From contig JBKAGP010000001.1 in NCBI GenBank assembly GCA_046290465.1, positions 5,865,299 to 5,929,298 on the forward strand: DNA of 64,000 nucleotides, in the 5' to 3' direction. Shown here piece after piece: positions 63,326 through 64,000 of the stretch; the first letter of the stretch is position 1, and each line of letters starts with the position of its first letter. The position numbers and the translations under genes were made by a program. The notes below the pieces were generated by a model. It was not told where the DNA came from and searched no databases. It worked only from the letters and a program-made list of their open reading frames with translations. Source of the stretch: Planctomycetota bacterium (GTDB lineage Bacteria > Planctomycetota > UBA1135 > UBA2386).

Positions 63326-64000
63326 CTAGGCCTCGGGCAGGTCGCGCGTGTCGAGCCGGCCCGCCGCGTGCAGTTCGCCGAAGCGTCGCAGCGTCTGGCC
63401 GATGCCGTGCTCGAGCGACGTGTCGGGCAGGCCGGGAAAGTCGCGGTGGATGGCGCTGCCGTCGAGCTGGGACGGGATCGCGAGCTCCGGGCCGTCGACG
63501 CGCAGCGTGCCCTTGGCGGCCGGGTGCAGCCGTTCGATGGTCGCGACGATGTCGGCCACCGGCACGGTCGCGCCGTGCAGGTTGTAGACGTTGGCGCCGT
63601 CACCGCTCGCCGGCGCGTCGTCGGCGCAGCGCACGAACGCCGCGGCGGTGTCGGCGACGTAGTGGAAGTCGGTCGCGCCGCTGAACGCGATCGTGTGGCA
63701 ACGGCCGAGCACCGCGGCCTTCATCGCGGTGGTGGGGCCCGAGGTCATGCCCTGGTCGCGGCCGACGCCGTAGACCGTCAGCGGCCGCAGGCCGACGCTC
63801 GGCAGCCCCTTGTCCTGCCAGTAGACCCGCGCGGTGCCCTCGTTGGCGCGCTTGTAGACGCCGTAGTGCGTGGTCGGCTGGCAGTCCGCCCGTTCGTCGG
63901 GCGCGGCCTCGCCGGGCTCCGGCGGCCCGAACACCGCCGCGCTGCTGGCGTAGACGACGCGGCCGACCTTGGCGAGGAGCGCCGCCTCGAAGCAGTGGAT
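63326..64000 (-). CDS. NAD-dependent epimerase/dehydratase family protein (partial; the N-terminus lies beyond the window end)
   Basis: ORF 63326..63934 is in a frame that stays open to 64000 (IHCFEAALLAKVGRVVYASSAAVFG upstream of the listed Met). YGVYKRANE contains the YxxxK motif. Confidence 0.8.
   Translation of the reverse strand: MHCFEAALLAKVGRVVYASSAAVFGPPEPGEAAPDERADCQPTTHYGVYKRANEGTARVYWQDKGLPSVGLRPLTVYGVGRDQGMTSGPTTAMKAAVLGRCHTIAFSGATDFHYVADTAAAFVRCADDAPASGDGANVYNLHGATVPVADIVATIERLHPAAKGTLRVDGPELAIPSQLDGSAIHRDFPGLPDTSLEHGIGQTLRRFGELHAAGRLDTRDLPEA

Overview
This is a very GC-rich bacterial chromosomal segment (about 70 percent GC by eye, not computed). It comes from a diderm organism, shown by a TolC-like factor, BamA, an OM beta-barrel and many lipoprotein or signal-peptide proteins. 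I support about 45 protein genes, one tRNA, one insertion sequence with two MITE-like derivatives, and several short tandem repeats. No rRNA or CRISPR array is present.

Layout:
- 0-20 kb is mostly housekeeping: coaB, ftsK, an ftsK-like paralog, dnaB, bamA, Nudix, IMPase, HDOD, sthA, elbB and an SDR.
- 20-31 kb holds secreted hydrolases and surface proteins around an orphan flagellin, plus a CDF transporter.
- 31.6-44.2 kb is an eight-gene, translationally coupled MoxR/DUF58/BatA/VWA cluster with an embedded ABC transporter.
- 44-60 kb looks accessory: a sortilin/BNR protein, selC (tRNA-Sec), an IS1-like element, two MITEs, HEAT/VWA proteins and two giant propeller-repeat paralogs.
- 60-64 kb carries an MFS transporter, a Zn-dehydrogenase and a partial epimerase.

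Most notable observations:
1. An unnamed C-terminal module of about 100-130 aa is shared by six unrelated secreted proteins, once as a free-standing gene.
2. A motorless FtsK paralog (FtsK membrane domain, hyper-acidic spacer with a (GAA)17 microsatellite, FtsK gamma-like domain) lies directly after a complete ftsK.
3. The MoxR/VWA/ABC cluster has an unusual composition.
4. The tRNA shows all bacterial tRNA-Sec hallmarks.
5. The IS has non-autonomous derivatives.

Many long ORFs in the supplied track are Arg/Ala/Gly/Pro-rich antisense or off-frame shadows and were not called. All homology statements are by-eye motif recognition; no database search was run.
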